Assembly: GCA_027063305.1 (NCBI GenBank)
Contig: JAMORY010000014.1
Location: forward strand, 47,840-111,839
DNA: 64,000 nt
Origin: Sulfurovum sp.
GTDB taxonomy: Bacteria; Campylobacterota; Campylobacteria; Campylobacterales; Sulfurovaceae
Direction: 5' to 3'
The translations under genes and the position numbers were made by a program. This document shows, piece after piece, positions 23,700 through 34,086 of the stretch. Below the pieces are notes generated by a model. That model had not been told where the DNA came from, ran no database searches, and saw only the letters and a list, made by a program, of their open reading frames with translations. Positions within the stretch are counted from its first letter, which is position 1, and each line of letters begins with the position of its first letter.

Positions 23700-26452
23700 T
23701 ATGCCACAACCTCGGCACATCTGCTACAGAGAGAATCTTCAGATTCGCTGGTGAATCTCCAGCATCTCGGACACTTATGTGCAGTTGCTTTGTGTACCGT
23801 AAAGGTTTTTCCCTCTACTTCAAAGGAAGCGACCTGCTCACCCTCACTGCTTGTTTTAACCGCAGAGACCACGAACCAGTCTTCAAGGTCTTTATTGCTC
23901 TTAATTGGGAATAGCTCTCTCTCACCTGCAATCTCAAGTTCAAGTGTCGCTTTAATGACCTTCTCTTTTTTGAGTGAGTCGATCGCTTCGGAGAACTTCT
24001 CACGTGCTTCAAGTAAAATGGTATCTTCGAAACTCGGTGCCACTTCAGGTACCTCTTCATAGAGAAGATCGAAGATCGTTTCCATCTCACCTTTGAATAT
24101 GTTCGGTGCATACTCCAGTATCTCATCTGCAGTATAGGTAATGACCGGTGCGACCAGTCCGAGCATCGCTTTGGAGATGAGCATCATTGCAGACTGTGTC
24201 GCACGTCTGACATCGGAGTCTTTGGCTTCACAGTAGAGTCTGTCTTTGGTAATATCCATATAGATACCGCTTAGCTCGTTGGTAATGAAGTGGTTGAGCG
24301 TTGCAAAACCTTTGAGGAAGTCGTTGGCATCGAAACTCGCTTTGACCGATGCAAAGACCTCTCTTGCTTTGGTAAGGATCCATCTATCAAGCTCACCGTA
24401 GGCTTCCTGCACGACCAGTGCATCCAGATCGTTGACGTTGGCAAGAAGGAAACGGAACGTGTTACGGATCTTTCTGTACTGCTCCGCCGTTTGCTTTAAA
24501 ATACCGTCACTGATCTTCAGATCGCTTTGGTAGTCCGAAAGCGCAACCCACAATCTCAAAATCTCCGAACCGTACTGCTTGATCACCTTGTCCGGAGCAA
24601 CGACATTCCCTTTGGACTTACTCATCTTCTCACCCTTCTCATCGACGGTGAATCCGTGGGTAATGAGGTTCTCATACGGTGATCTTTGATGTACAGCACT
24701 GCTTAAAAGGAGTGAAGACTGGAACCACCCTCTATGCTGGTCACTTCCCTCAAGATAGAGCGATGCCGGGTAGTTCCCCGCATCATAGTTACCGCTGCTA
24801 AGTACAGAGTTCCATGTAGATCCTGAGTCAAACCATACATCGAGGATATCTTCGATCTTCTCAAGGTCATCAGGGTTGTACTTGCTGCCTTTGGGAAGGA
24901 GTTCGGCAATGCTCATGGAGTACCATGCATCCGCCCCGTGCTCGTCAAAGAGTGCCGCTACATGCTCAAGCACATCCTCATCGAAGATCACCGCTTTGGT
25001 GCTCTTGACACGGAAGAAGGCAATAGGCACACCCCAGCTTCTTTGACGTGAGATACACCAGTCAGGTCTGCCTTCGATCATCGGCTTGAGTCTGTTCTTT
25101 GCCGATGCCGGATAGAAATCGACATCTTCAATGGCATTTAGTGCCGACTCTCTGAGTGTTTTGTCTGAACCTTCCGGCTTGTCATCAATAGAGATGAACC
25201 ACTGGTTAGTCGCTCTGTAGATGAGCGGTTTCTTCGTTCTCCAGCAGTGCGGGTAGGAGTGAACGAACTTGCTTACTTTCAGCAAACTGTCACCAAGAAG
25301 CTCAAGGATCTTCTCATTGGCTTTGAAAATGTGCATACCGACAAACTCTTCCGGGTTCGGAAGCAGGTTCAATCCTACGACCGACTCATCATAGAGTCCC
25401 TTTTCATTCACAGGCATCACCACTTCAAGTCCGTACTTGAGCCCTACTTTGTAGTCATCTTCCCCGTGTCCCGGAGCGGTATGAACACATCCCGTACCAC
25501 CGTCCATCAAGACGTGATCACCAAGAACAACTTTGGAAGGTCTGGAGTTTAGCGGGTTGATCGCAAGCAATCCTTCAAGCTCGGTTGCAGCGATCTTTCG
25601 TGAAGCGTGACCGCTGACGACACCCTCTTCGATCATCGCATCGTAACGCGCTTCTGCCACAATGTGACCATCATCTGTCAACACATACATCTCTTCAGGA
25701 TTAAGAGAGATACCGGTGTTTGCCGGCAGTGTCCACGGTGTAGTCGTCCAGATGACAAGTCCTGCTTTTTCATGAATATCCAGTTTCTCTTTGGCTGCAT
25801 CACTGAGCTCAAAGTGAACGTAGATAGAGTAATCCTCTTTGTCCTCATACTCCACTTCCGCATCTGCCAATGCCGTCTGTGCCGCCCATGACCAGAAGAT
25901 CGGCTTATGACGTTCTACCAAGAGCCCACGTTTAGCCACTTCACAGAGTGTACGGTAGATGTTGGCTTCAAATTTGAAGTCCATGGTCACGTACGGGTTT
26001 TCCCAGTCGGCCATAACACCTAAAGACTTGAACCCTTCTCTTTGAATGTCGATGAACTTCGCCGCATGCTCTCTACAAAGTGCTCTGAACTGCTCAGTAG
26101 GCATCGCCTCTTTCTTGGACTTGCCAAGCTTCTCTTCGACCTTCTGCTCGATCGGAAGTCCATGACAGTCCCATCCCGGTGTCATACGCACCGCTTTCCC
26201 TTGGAAGTAGTTGTACTTCAAGATGATATCTTTGAGGATCTTATTGAGTGCATGACCGATATGAATATCACCATTAGCGTAGGGAGGTCCGTCATGAAGC
26301 GTGAACATTTCGGCATTCTCACGTTTTGCCTTCATCTGTTCGTACATATTGGCATCAAACCATGCTTGATATTTTTTGGGTTCGTTGGTGGGGAGATTTC
26401 CACGCATCGGAAAGTCCGTTTTCGGAAGAAGTAGGGTCTCTTTGAAATCCAT
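23699..26452 (-). CDS. ileS: Isoleucine--tRNA ligase
   Basis: HDGPPYANGDIHIGH (HIGH); KMSKS; C-terminal Zn finger CPRCW. Confidence 0.98.
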   Translation of the reverse strand: MDFKETLLLPKTDFPMRGNLPTNEPKKYQAWFDANMYEQMKAKRENAEMFTLHDGPPYANGDIHIGHALNKILKDIILKYNYFQGKAVRMTPGWDCHGLPIEQKVEEKLGKSKKEAMPTEQFRALCREHAAKFIDIQREGFKSLGVMADWENPYVTMDFKFEANIYRTLCEVAKRGLLVERHKPIFWSWAAQTALADAEVEYEDKEDYSIYVHFELSDAAKEKLDIHEKAGLVIWTTTPWTLPANTGISLNPEEMYVLTDDGHIVAEARYDAMIEEGVVSGHASRKIAATELEGLLAINPLNSRPSKVVLGDHVLMDGGTGCVHTAPGHGEDDYKVGLKYGLEVVMPVNEKGLYDESVVGLNLLPNPEEFVGMHIFKANEKILELLGDSLLKVSKFVHSYPHCWRTKKPLIYRATNQWFISIDDKPEGSDKTLRESALNAIEDVDFYPASAKNRLKPMIEGRPDWCISRQRSWGVPIAFFRVKSTKAVIFDEDVLEHVAALFDEHGADAWYSMSIAELLPKGSKYNPDDLEKIEDILDVWFDSGSTWNSVLSSGNYDAGNYPASLYLEGSDQHRGWFQSSLLLSSAVHQRSPYENLITHGFTVDEKGEKMSKSKGNVVAPDKVIKQYGSEILRLWVALSDYQSDLKISDGILKQTAEQYRKIRNTFRFLLANVNDLDALVVQEAYGELDRWILTKAREVFASVKASFDANDFLKGFATLNHFITNELSGIYMDITKDRLYCEAKDSDVRRATQSAMMLISKAMLGLVAPVITYTADEILEYAPNIFKGEMETIFDLLYEEVPEVAPSFEDTILLEAREKFSEAIDSLKKEKVIKATLELEIAGERELFPIKSNKDLEDWFVVSAVKTSSEGEQVASFEVEGKTFTVHKATAHKCPRCWRFTSESEDSLCSRCAEVVA

Positions 26453-26580
26453 GCTGATAATACCTTCAAGTAGTTTACGGGACACTTTCAACTCTTATTT
26501 AAAACCGGTCTAAAAGCGCCTATATATCGGGGGATTATATCTAAATGTCCATTAGAGGCTACTTTTGCTATAATGATTGT

Positions 26581-27078
26581 ATGAAAAAGATAGAAGAACT
26601 CACAAAAGATATCATCCAAACCTTGGCTTCCGAGAAAAGGAGCATCACCTTTGCAGAAAGTTGTACCGGGGGAAGGATCGCAGCGACTTTTACTGCCATA
26701 CCCGGTGCTTCGGAGGTACTCAATGGCGCGTGCATCACCTACTCCAACAAGATCAAAACCCAATGGCTCGGTGTTGAAGAAGAGATACTCCTTACAGAAG
26801 GTGCAGTAAGTCAAGCATGTGTCGACCAGATGCTTAGTGGGATCATCAAAATGGCAAATGCCGATTATGCCATTGCCGTTTCAGGGATCGCAGGGCCTGG
26901 AGGCGGTACACCGTTAAAACCGGTAGGAACGGTATTTATCGGCATCTCAACTCCATCACAAAAAGAGATATTTCACTGTCACTTCAGCGGTGATCGAGAG
27001 CAAATACAACAATCCTCCGTCGATTTTGCCATTACACAGCTGGCCAAATTTCTCTTACTTTACTCCCGTAACGAGTGA
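26581..27078 (+). CDS. CinA C-terminal/PncC family (NMN amidohydrolase)
   Basis: FAESCTGG; GAVSQ; AVSGIAGPGGGT..KPVGTV. Confidence 0.92.
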   Translation: MKKIEELTKDIIQTLASEKRSITFAESCTGGRIAATFTAIPGASEVLNGACITYSNKIKTQWLGVEEEILLTEGAVSQACVDQMLSGIIKMANADYAIAVSGIAGPGGGTPLKPVGTVFIGISTPSQKEIFHCHFSGDREQIQQSSVDFAITQLAKFLLLYSRNE

Positions 27079-27175
27079 TAAGACAAGATCGCGGAGATCT
27101 GATTTGTGCATTTATATACTATAAAAATGGATATTGGGAAAATATTATTTTTTTTCATTTTTTTTCAAAAAACTC

Positions 27176-27204
27176 TTGACAAGTATCTCTGTCTTGGCTA
27201 TAAT
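27176..27204 (+). promoter_or_regulatory. Consensus sigma70 promoter of tRNA operon
   Basis: TTGACA (27176-81), 17-nt spacer, TATAAT (27199-204); A/T-rich upstream element. Confidence 0.85.
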
Positions 27205-27242
27205 TCCGTCCACTTATTCACAATAAACGAATAAGAAGATGT

Positions 27243-27318
27243 GACCCGTTAGCTCAGTTGGTAGAGCAACTCCCTTTTAAGGAGTGGGCCCTAGGTTCGA
27301 ATCCTAGACGGGTCACCA
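27243..27318 (+). tRNA. tRNA-Lys (TTT)
   Basis: GACCCGT/ACGGGTC acceptor; CTTTTAA loop; TTCGAAT; CCA. Confidence 0.95.
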
Positions 27319-27339
27319 CTATTTTTAGTATATAAATGT

Positions 27340-27416
27340 GCGGCGGTAGTTCAGTTGGTTAGAATACCTGCCTGTCACGCAGGGGGTCGCGAGTTCGAGT
27401 CTCGTCCGCCGCGCCA
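27340..27416 (+). tRNA. tRNA-Asp (GTC)
   Basis: GCGGCGG/CCGCCGC acceptor; CTGTCAC loop; CCA. Confidence 0.95.
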
Positions 27417-27436
27417 TTTATCTGCACTCTATTTGT

Positions 27437-27512
27437 GACCCGTTAGCTCAGTTGGTAGAGCAACTCCCTTTTAAGGAGTGGGCCCTAGGTTCGAATCCTA
27501 GACGGGTCACCA
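27437..27512 (+). tRNA. tRNA-Lys (TTT), copy 2
   Basis: Identical to 27243-27318. Confidence 0.95.
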
Positions 27513-27534
27513 CCAAATTTAGTTTCAAATATTC

Positions 27535-27610
27535 GGTCGCTTAGCTCAGTTGGTAGAGCGCTACCCTTACAAGGTAGATGTCACAAGTTCGAGTCTTGTA
27601 GCGACCACCA
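27535..27610 (+). tRNA. tRNA-Val (TAC)
   Basis: GGTCGCT/AGCGACC acceptor; CTTACAA loop; CCA. Confidence 0.95.
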
Positions 27611-27639
27611 TTGAAACTTATGACTGTTTGGATCTAGAT

Positions 27640-27715
27640 GACCCTTTCATCTAGTGGCCAAGGATGCTACGTTTTCATCGTAGTCACAGAGGTTCAAATC
27701 CTCTAGGGGTCGCCA
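27640..27715 (+). tRNA. tRNA-Glu (TTC)
   Basis: GACCCTT/AGGGGTC acceptor; TTTTCAT loop; CCA. Confidence 0.93.
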
Positions 27716-27739
27716 ACATAGCACTGTTATGTTTTCTAT

Positions 27740-27815
27740 GGTCGCTTAGCTCAGTTGGTAGAGCGCTACCCTTACAAGGTAGATGTCACAAGTTCGAGTC
27801 TTGTAGCGACCACCA
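27740..27815 (+). tRNA. tRNA-Val (TAC), copy 2
   Basis: Identical to 27535-27610. Confidence 0.95.
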
Positions 27816-27878
27816 TGAAATTAAGCTTCACAAAAGCTTTTTTCAGTAAAATCTTATCAACCTTTCTAAGGTTACGGT

Positions 27879-27955
27879 GCGGCGGTAGTTCAGTTGGTTA
27901 GAATACCTGCCTGTCACGCAGGGGGTCGCGAGTTCGAGTCTCGTCCGCCGCGCCA
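27879..27955 (+). tRNA. tRNA-Asp (GTC), copy 2
   Basis: Identical to 27340-27416. Confidence 0.95.
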
Positions 27956-28070
27956 CTTCTTTTTATGATCCTCAAACACATTCAAATGATAAAAAACCAA
28001 TACAGTTCGATAGTTATTATGATTAAGATGACGAACATAAAGATGTTCAAGAAGATAAACTAGCGCACTA

Positions 28071-28445
28071 TTACAGTGCTCTAGCGATATAGCGATTCCC
28101 CTCCATCAAAGATGCGCTAAGGTCTGAGAGTTTCTTGCTGTTGCTCGAAGAGTATGGTTTTTTCAATACACGTTTAGCATCCACAACACATAGATTAAGA
28201 TACTTTAGCAGATTGTCAAGCTCTCTACTGCGTACACCGCTCTTTAGCTTCTTTTGCCCTACTTCCAACTCTTTAATGAGCGCCATTGCTGTTGCACTGT
28301 TCTTATGTTTATACTCTTGCATGATCTTTTGAGAAAGCTTTACATGCTTACTTGCCAACTGTGCAAGTTGTGCATTGCTTCCAAAGAGGCTACTCGCCCC
28401 AAACCCCAACATCATACATAGTATAAAAAGATGTTTTCTTTTCAT
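28071..28445 (-). CDS. Hypothetical exported helical protein
   Basis: Signal-peptide-like MKRKHLFILCMMLGFGASSLFG; GGAAGGAAG RBS. Confidence 0.7.
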   Translation of the reverse strand: MKRKHLFILCMMLGFGASSLFGSNAQLAQLASKHVKLSQKIMQEYKHKNSATAMALIKELEVGQKKLKSGVRSRELDNLLKYLNLCVVDAKRVLKKPYSSSNSKKLSDLSASLMEGNRYIARAL

Positions 28446-28640
28446 TGTCTTCCTTCCTTGTTTCTTTTTCCTTGTCCTATATGAAATAATATCAAGAAGA
28501 AACTTATTTTAAAATTAAAAAATATTGAAAAACTTCCTAAGGAAAATGAATAGAAAAAGTGTGAATTAAGGATAACGTACGGAGATAAGGGGCTTTGTGG
28601 AGAATAGAGGGGGGGAGATCCCCCATATAAAAATAGATGT

Positions 28641-29930
28641 TTATTTTAAACGGATACGCACACTCTCTTCATGTGCGGTCAATCCTTCCGTATTGGCAAT
28701 GAGTGCACACTGCTCTCCGATCTCTTTGATCCCCTCTTTACTCATGGAGATAATAGAGGATTTTTTCAAGAAGTGTTCTACGCTAAGCGGAGAGTAAAAC
28801 TTTGCCGTACCACCGGTAGGAAGCGTATGGTTAGGCCCTGCGATATAGTCACCGATAGGTTCAGGGGTATTTTCACCTAAGAAGATCGCTCCGGCATGTT
28901 TGATCTTATCAAGTAACGACATAGGATCTTTGGTTACTACCTCAAGGTGTTCAGGGGCGATCTCGTTCATCAGATCGATCGCTTCATCCATATCGGATGT
29001 CACAATGATCGCACCACGCTCTTCTATGGACTTTCTGGCGATCTCTTCACGGCTGAGCGCGCCAAGGAACTCTTCTACTTTATCACTTACTCTGTTTGCC
29101 AATTCACTCTCTGTCGTAATAAGAATAGAACTCGCCATTTCATCATGCTCTGCTTGAGAGAGCAAGTCGATAGCCAAATAGTCCTCTCTTGCACTCTCAT
29201 CTGCCAAGATACCGATCTCGGAAGGTCCTGCGATCATATCGATATTCACTTCACCGTAAACCAGCTTTTTGGCTGTTGCAACAAAGATGTTACCAGGTCC
29301 GGTAATAACATCGACTTTAGGAATACTCTGAGTTCCGTACGCCATCGCACCTATCGCAGATGCACCGCCTACCTTAAATACTTTACTCACACCACACAAG
29401 TGACACGCAGCCAAAAGCAGTTCGTTCAGCTCGTTATCCGGTGCCGGCGTACATACTACGATCTCTTCAACCCCCGCAACCTGTGCAGGGATGACGTTCA
29501 TCAAAAGCGAACTTGGATATGCCGCTTTACCTCCGGGAATATAGAGCCCCGCTCTATCGACCGGTGTTACCTTCTGCCCAAGGATCGTACCGTTAGCCTC
29601 TTTATCCATCCATGTCTTTGGCATCAACTTCTCATGGTAGGTTTTAATACGATCATAAGCAAGCTTCAATGCATCGCGCAGCTCAGCATCGATCGCATCA
29701 TACGCCTTTGCCATTGCCTCGGTAGAGACCATCAGCTCGGCATCCTCTTTGGGCTCCCAACGGTCAAAACGTGCGATCTGTGCTTTGAGCGCACTGTTAC
29801 CTTCGGTCTGTATCTCTTTAAGAAGCCCTGCAACGATCCCCGTCACACCCTCGATATCCATCTTTCCACGCTCCAAAAGCGCATTGAAGTTCGCTTCGAA
29901 CGTATCATCACTGCTGTAAAATATTTTCAT
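28641..29930 (-). CDS. hisD: Histidinol dehydrogenase
   Basis: GLYIPGGKAAYPSS; IDMIAGPSE; SQAEHD; APEHLE; GPNHTLPT. Confidence 0.97.
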   Translation of the reverse strand: MKIFYSSDDTFEANFNALLERGKMDIEGVTGIVAGLLKEIQTEGNSALKAQIARFDRWEPKEDAELMVSTEAMAKAYDAIDAELRDALKLAYDRIKTYHEKLMPKTWMDKEANGTILGQKVTPVDRAGLYIPGGKAAYPSSLLMNVIPAQVAGVEEIVVCTPAPDNELNELLLAACHLCGVSKVFKVGGASAIGAMAYGTQSIPKVDVITGPGNIFVATAKKLVYGEVNIDMIAGPSEIGILADESAREDYLAIDLLSQAEHDEMASSILITTESELANRVSDKVEEFLGALSREEIARKSIEERGAIIVTSDMDEAIDLMNEIAPEHLEVVTKDPMSLLDKIKHAGAIFLGENTPEPIGDYIAGPNHTLPTGGTAKFYSPLSVEHFLKKSSIISMSKEGIKEIGEQCALIANTEGLTAHEESVRIRLK

Positions 29931-29954
29931 CGATCTACCTTTTCTCTGATAAAA

Positions 29955-30011
29955 GCTTTCTGAAAGAAAGCATACCAAAACTATTCACTATTCATTATTA
30001 ACTATTCATTC
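29955..30011 (-). repeat. Heptad-repeat plus GGTAT plus hairpin element (copy 2)
   Basis: Minus: AATGAATAGTTAATAATGAATAGTGAATAGTTTTGGTAT-GCTTTCT-TTC-AGAAAGC-TTTT. Confidence 0.6.
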
Positions 30012-30898
30012 GCCATTAACGGATACTTCCGTTGATAACGCGGCAACATACTTTCATTCCCAAGTATGCCGCCTTGATGAATATAAAGCAATGGTGCCTC
30101 TTCATAGACTTGGGGATGAGCCAATAATGTACGCCATCCCAAAGGGTCGTAAAGCAAGTCGAACACCACGCCCGTTTGTTCGTGTAATTTTAGCCAAATT
30201 TCGTAATTTTCTCTATAAAGTTTACCAAAATGGTGTTTTTTCTCTAAAGCAAGAATGGTCGGATGGTATTTTTCATCCGCTTCGAGCATGGAGAACTGTT
30301 CTTTCAGATACATATCATCTCCCACACATGCACATGTGTATACCGTAGGTTGGGGTATCCCTACCCCGACAAAAGCTTTTTGCAAATATAAAGCAGTGGT
30401 TCCTGTACCGGAGGGGAGAAAGATATTCAGTTTTTCGATTTTCTGCTCTTTTTGCCAGAAGCTGATCTCTTCTGCAAGGATCCTGATCCCATACTCCGCC
30501 TCTTTCTGCCTACCACCTTCTTCGATAAAAAGCATATTTTTTGTCGGGGTGGGGATACCCCGACCTACAATGAGATGCATATCGTTTTTCAATGCCGCAG
30601 CATAATTCCCATGCGGATTTTCTCTCAAGTAATCAGCTATATGATCCACATAATACTCAAACTCCCACCCCTTCATCTTTGCCAGAACAGAGAGTGAGTA
30701 CATCGCATTGGACTGTACAGAACCGTAAGAGACAATCTTTTTGATATAAGGAAAGTCATTTTTAAGATAGTAGTAAAATTTTCGCGCCTTGTTCCCTGAG
30801 AAATCAGGATGGATAAGATCATCACGTTTAAGAAAAAAAGTGTGGTTTTGAAACCGGATCGTTTCAATGGGAGAAGTAAGTTGAAAGTCTGTCATCAT
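30002..30898 (-). CDS. PLP-dependent ACC deaminase/D-cysteine desulfhydrase family protein
   Basis: LKRDDLIH...SGNKARK; PSGTGTT; LYIHQGG. Confidence 0.85.
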   Translation of the reverse strand: MMTDFQLTSPIETIRFQNHTFFLKRDDLIHPDFSGNKARKFYYYLKNDFPYIKKIVSYGSVQSNAMYSLSVLAKMKGWEFEYYVDHIADYLRENPHGNYAAALKNDMHLIVGRGIPTPTKNMLFIEEGGRQKEAEYGIRILAEEISFWQKEQKIEKLNIFLPSGTGTTALYLQKAFVGVGIPQPTVYTCACVGDDMYLKEQFSMLEADEKYHPTILALEKKHHFGKLYRENYEIWLKLHEQTGVVFDLLYDPLGWRTLLAHPQVYEEAPLLYIHQGGILGNESMLPRYQRKYPLMANE

Positions 30899-30900
30899 TA

Positions 30901-30962
30901 AAAAGTCGCAATCAAAGATTACGACCTTCTCTCAACGCTCAGCGCTAAACGCTAAACGCTTC
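30901..30962 (-). repeat. Heptad repeat (AGCGTTT-like) plus terminator-like hairpin after fbaA
   Basis: Minus: AAGCGTT TAGCGTT TAGCGCT GAGCGTT then GTCGTAATC-TTT-GATTGCGAC-TTTTT. Confidence 0.6.
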
Positions 30963-32036
30963 TTAATTACGTCCCACGCAATTAAGATCCTCAAACGCCT
31001 GCTCAAGACGTTTGACCATAGAGAGTTCACCCTCTCTAAGCCATTTACGCGGATCGTAATAGCTCTTATTAGGCTTATCTTCACCCTCAGGATTCCCGAT
31101 CTGTGCTTGAAGATAGTCATGGTACTTCTCGACATAACCGCGTACACCATCCCAAAATGCCCACTGCGTATCGGTATCGATGTTCATTTTGATCACACCG
31201 TAACTGATAGCATTACGAATATCCTGAAGCTCGGAACCGCTTCCTCCGTGAAATACGAAATCTACAGGTTTTGCATCCGTATTGAACTTCTCTTGGATAT
31301 ATTTTTGAGAGTTATCCAGGATCTCAGGACGCAAGATCACATTCCCCGGTTTATAGACCCCATGAACATTTCCAAAAGATGCTGCGATCGTGAACTTATC
31401 GGAAACCTTCATCAACTCTTCATACGCATAGGCAACCTCTTCCGGTTGGGTATAGAGCAGTGCATTGTCTACATCGCTGTTGTCAACACCATCTTCTTCT
31501 CCTCCGGTAATACCGAGCTCGATCTCAAGGGTCATTCCCATTTTGCTCATACGCTCAAGATAACGTTTACATGTTTCGATATTCTCTTCAAGCGGCTCTT
31601 CGGAAAGATCAATCATATGAGAAGAGAAGAGCGGTTTTCCACTGCTCTTGAACTGCGCTTCACTTGCATCGAGCAATGCATCGATCCACGGAAGAAGCTT
31701 ACGTGCCGCATGGTCGGTATGCAATACGACCGGCACACCGTAAGCCTCCGCTAGTGTATGCACATGGATCGCTCCGCTGATCGCTCCGAGTACCGCTCCC
31801 TCTTTACTATCTATCCCTTTTCCTGCATAGTATGCCGCTCCACCGTTACTGAACTGTACGATCACCGGTGAGTTCACTTTTTTTGCCGACTCCATTACCG
31901 CATTGATCGATGATGTGCTGACAACATTGACCGCAGGGATCGCGAACTCATTGGCTTTTGCGATCTTGAAAAGTGTCTGAAGATCATCTCCAGTAACCAC
32001 ACCCGGTCTAATAGAATCCAATACTTTTGTAGACAT
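30963..32036 (-). CDS. fbaA: Fructose-bisphosphate aldolase class II
   Basis: VLHTDHAA; SSHMIDLSEE; ITGGEEDGVDN; GNVHGVYKPG; YDPRKWLR. Confidence 0.97.
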   Translation of the reverse strand: MSTKVLDSIRPGVVTGDDLQTLFKIAKANEFAIPAVNVVSTSSINAVMESAKKVNSPVIVQFSNGGAAYYAGKGIDSKEGAVLGAISGAIHVHTLAEAYGVPVVLHTDHAARKLLPWIDALLDASEAQFKSSGKPLFSSHMIDLSEEPLEENIETCKRYLERMSKMGMTLEIELGITGGEEDGVDNSDVDNALLYTQPEEVAYAYEELMKVSDKFTIAASFGNVHGVYKPGNVILRPEILDNSQKYIQEKFNTDAKPVDFVFHGGSGSELQDIRNAISYGVIKMNIDTDTQWAFWDGVRGYVEKYHDYLQAQIGNPEGEDKPNKSYYDPRKWLREGELSMVKRLEQAFEDLNCVGRN

Positions 32037-32050
32037 TTACTATTTCCTTC

Positions 32051-33082
32051 TTATTTAAGTTTAATATGTGCTTTTTTTATCAAACTTTCAACCACTTTCT
32101 CTTGTGCTATCTGCATCTTGAGTGTCGGCGTAAGCTCTTCTAAACTTGGTACTTTTTTCTTTGAACGTTTTTTGATCTTTGCATAACGCCGCTTGATCTC
32201 TTTATCACTGACGTCTGTCTGTTCGATCTGTTTTTGCATCCAAAAGTTAGAATAGACTGTGTCTTTCTCCTCTTGGCTTAGATCGTTCTCTGCAGAGAGT
32301 GCAATGAGTTTATTAGGTGCAAGCATCTCAAGGAGACGCTTCTTCTCAGTGGGAGGTAACGTGTTCCACATCATTTTCCCTTGCGTCATCTTCTCTAGTG
32401 CATGATTTGCCTCTTCAACACTGATAGGAAGCATCCCTACATACCCGGAAATATTCTGAGATTCAGGCTCTACACGTACTTCAACACCCCGCATTAAGTT
32501 TGCAATGATCTTCTGCTCTACAAGCTGCATTTGGATACGTCTTTTGATCTTCTCCAAAGGCGGTACTTGAGCCAATGCACTCTGTGCTTGCGCACGGGCT
32601 TTAATACGTTCATAGGCAGATACGATCTCTTCATCCGATATCGTTACTTCTTTAGCTGCTTTTTGCATCCAAGCACTGGAAAGAACACCCTCTCTCTCTT
32701 CTTGAGTCAACTCCTTTTTTGCAACTTTTGCCAAAATTTTAGGAATATAGATCTCTTTTAAAAGTGCCATCTGCTGCTCTTTAGGAAGAAGGTCAAAATC
32801 AGATACCTTTCCTTTTGTTCGCTGCTTAAGGTAGCTATCAACCTCTTTTTTACGTACTTTATGTCCGTCAACGATCGCAACTACTGCTTTAGAGGAGCGA
32901 CTTTTAGGCACTGCCGGCTGTGCAGCTGACATTCCTAATGTATTAAGGTTTACCATTGAGGGGATTTCATCTTTTTGGTGAAGCATACCAGAAAGGCTAT
33001 TTTTGAGAGCATCTGCCGTTGCAGGCTGAGCAAAGAGTGTCAAAACCCCTGCTGCCGCAATTACATTTTTTAATCTTTTCAT
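32051..33082 (-). CDS. Exported protein with two PEB4/SurA-like chaperone-domain repeats, no parvulin domain
   Basis: Signal peptide; repeats VDGHKV...WMQK...TISDEEI and VGMLPI...WMQK...DVSDKEI resemble the neighbour's VNGKNI...WMKK...VVSDSEA. Confidence 0.6.
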   Translation of the reverse strand: MKRLKNVIAAAGVLTLFAQPATADALKNSLSGMLHQKDEIPSMVNLNTLGMSAAQPAVPKSRSSKAVVAIVDGHKVRKKEVDSYLKQRTKGKVSDFDLLPKEQQMALLKEIYIPKILAKVAKKELTQEEREGVLSSAWMQKAAKEVTISDEEIVSAYERIKARAQAQSALAQVPPLEKIKRRIQMQLVEQKIIANLMRGVEVRVEPESQNISGYVGMLPISVEEANHALEKMTQGKMMWNTLPPTEKKRLLEMLAPNKLIALSAENDLSQEEKDTVYSNFWMQKQIEQTDVSDKEIKRRYAKIKKRSKKKVPSLEELTPTLKMQIAQEKVVESLIKKAHIKLK

Positions 33083-33100
33083 TGCATATGGTACAATATT

Positions 33101-33949
33101 TTATTTGGCAGATTTTGCCGTCTCTTTTTCCATATCGACGATCTTTGCTTTACTACGTAGTTCGCTTACCACTTCCGATACTTTCTTTGCGAACTCTTGT
33201 TGTTTCAATGTTGCGATAATCTTATTTTTTACTTTATCGTAAGAGACTGCCTGTGCAGGATTTTTAGACTCAAGATAGATCACATGGTATCCAAACTGTG
33301 TTTTAACCGGTGTTTTGGTCACTTCACCCGGTTTCAAACTCCATACCGCTTGAGAGAAAGCCGGAACCATTTGTCCTTTTTTGAATGTTCCGAGATCACC
33401 ACCCTTAGACTTTGAAGGACCGATCGATTTTGATTTTGCAAGAGAGATGAACTTTTGCTTTAGCGCATCACCCTTAAGCCCTTTAAGTTCAGAGATGATC
33501 TGCTTCGCCTCTTTTTCACTCTTTACAAGGATATGTCTTGCATGAACTGTTTCGGGCATAAGGAACTTCGCTTTATTCTTTTCATAGAAGTCTTTTGCTT
33601 CGGAATCACTGACTACAGCACTATCCATCTGTTTTTTCATCCACATATTCACCATAAGTTCATTGGCGATCTTCTCAAGGTTCTTTTTGAATTCAGATGT
33701 TTTGTCGATCCCCTCTTTTTTTGCGAGGTCACTTAAAAGCGCTTTTTCGACTAACGTCTTTTTTACCAACGCTTTTTGCTGCGGAGACAACTGTTCGTAG
33801 TGTGCATTGGGTGCAGTCGCACTTACAAATGCCTCTGCGTCTTGCTTCGTAATATTCTTCCCGTTCACGGTAACAATGATGTCCGAAGCGACAACCGACG
33901 TCGTAAGAAGTGCCGCAGCGATAAGTGATGTTCTTGCAAATTTTAACAT
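33101..33949 (-). CDS. PEB4/Cbf2-type periplasmic parvulin PPIase-chaperone
   Basis: VHARHILV; GGDLGTF..GQMVPAF; KTQFGYHVI. Confidence 0.9.
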   Translation of the reverse strand: MLKFARTSLIAAALLTTSVVASDIIVTVNGKNITKQDAEAFVSATAPNAHYEQLSPQQKALVKKTLVEKALLSDLAKKEGIDKTSEFKKNLEKIANELMVNMWMKKQMDSAVVSDSEAKDFYEKNKAKFLMPETVHARHILVKSEKEAKQIISELKGLKGDALKQKFISLAKSKSIGPSKSKGGDLGTFKKGQMVPAFSQAVWSLKPGEVTKTPVKTQFGYHVIYLESKNPAQAVSYDKVKNKIIATLKQQEFAKKVSEVVSELRSKAKIVDMEKETAKSAK

Positions 33950-34086
33950 TATGTGAATATCCTTTTGATAGATTTTAGATTATAATGGATAGCAGTATAT
34001 CGATTCTTGTTAAACAAATCATTAACAAATGGAGGTTATGCTAAGATTTCTTTCTATAAAATTATTGATCAAGGAGCCTTTTAGCC

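Noticed and set aside
27243-28445. tRNA cluster as a prophage or island integration site
   Set aside because: No integrase, no duplicated tRNA 3' end and no phage genes downstream; the tRNA copies are full-length genes.
28590-28630. G7/C5 hairpin after hisD sharing ATCTCCCCC with the candidate sRNA loop
   Set aside because: Best explained as a GC-rich terminator-like hairpin; the 9-nt low-complexity match is not significant.
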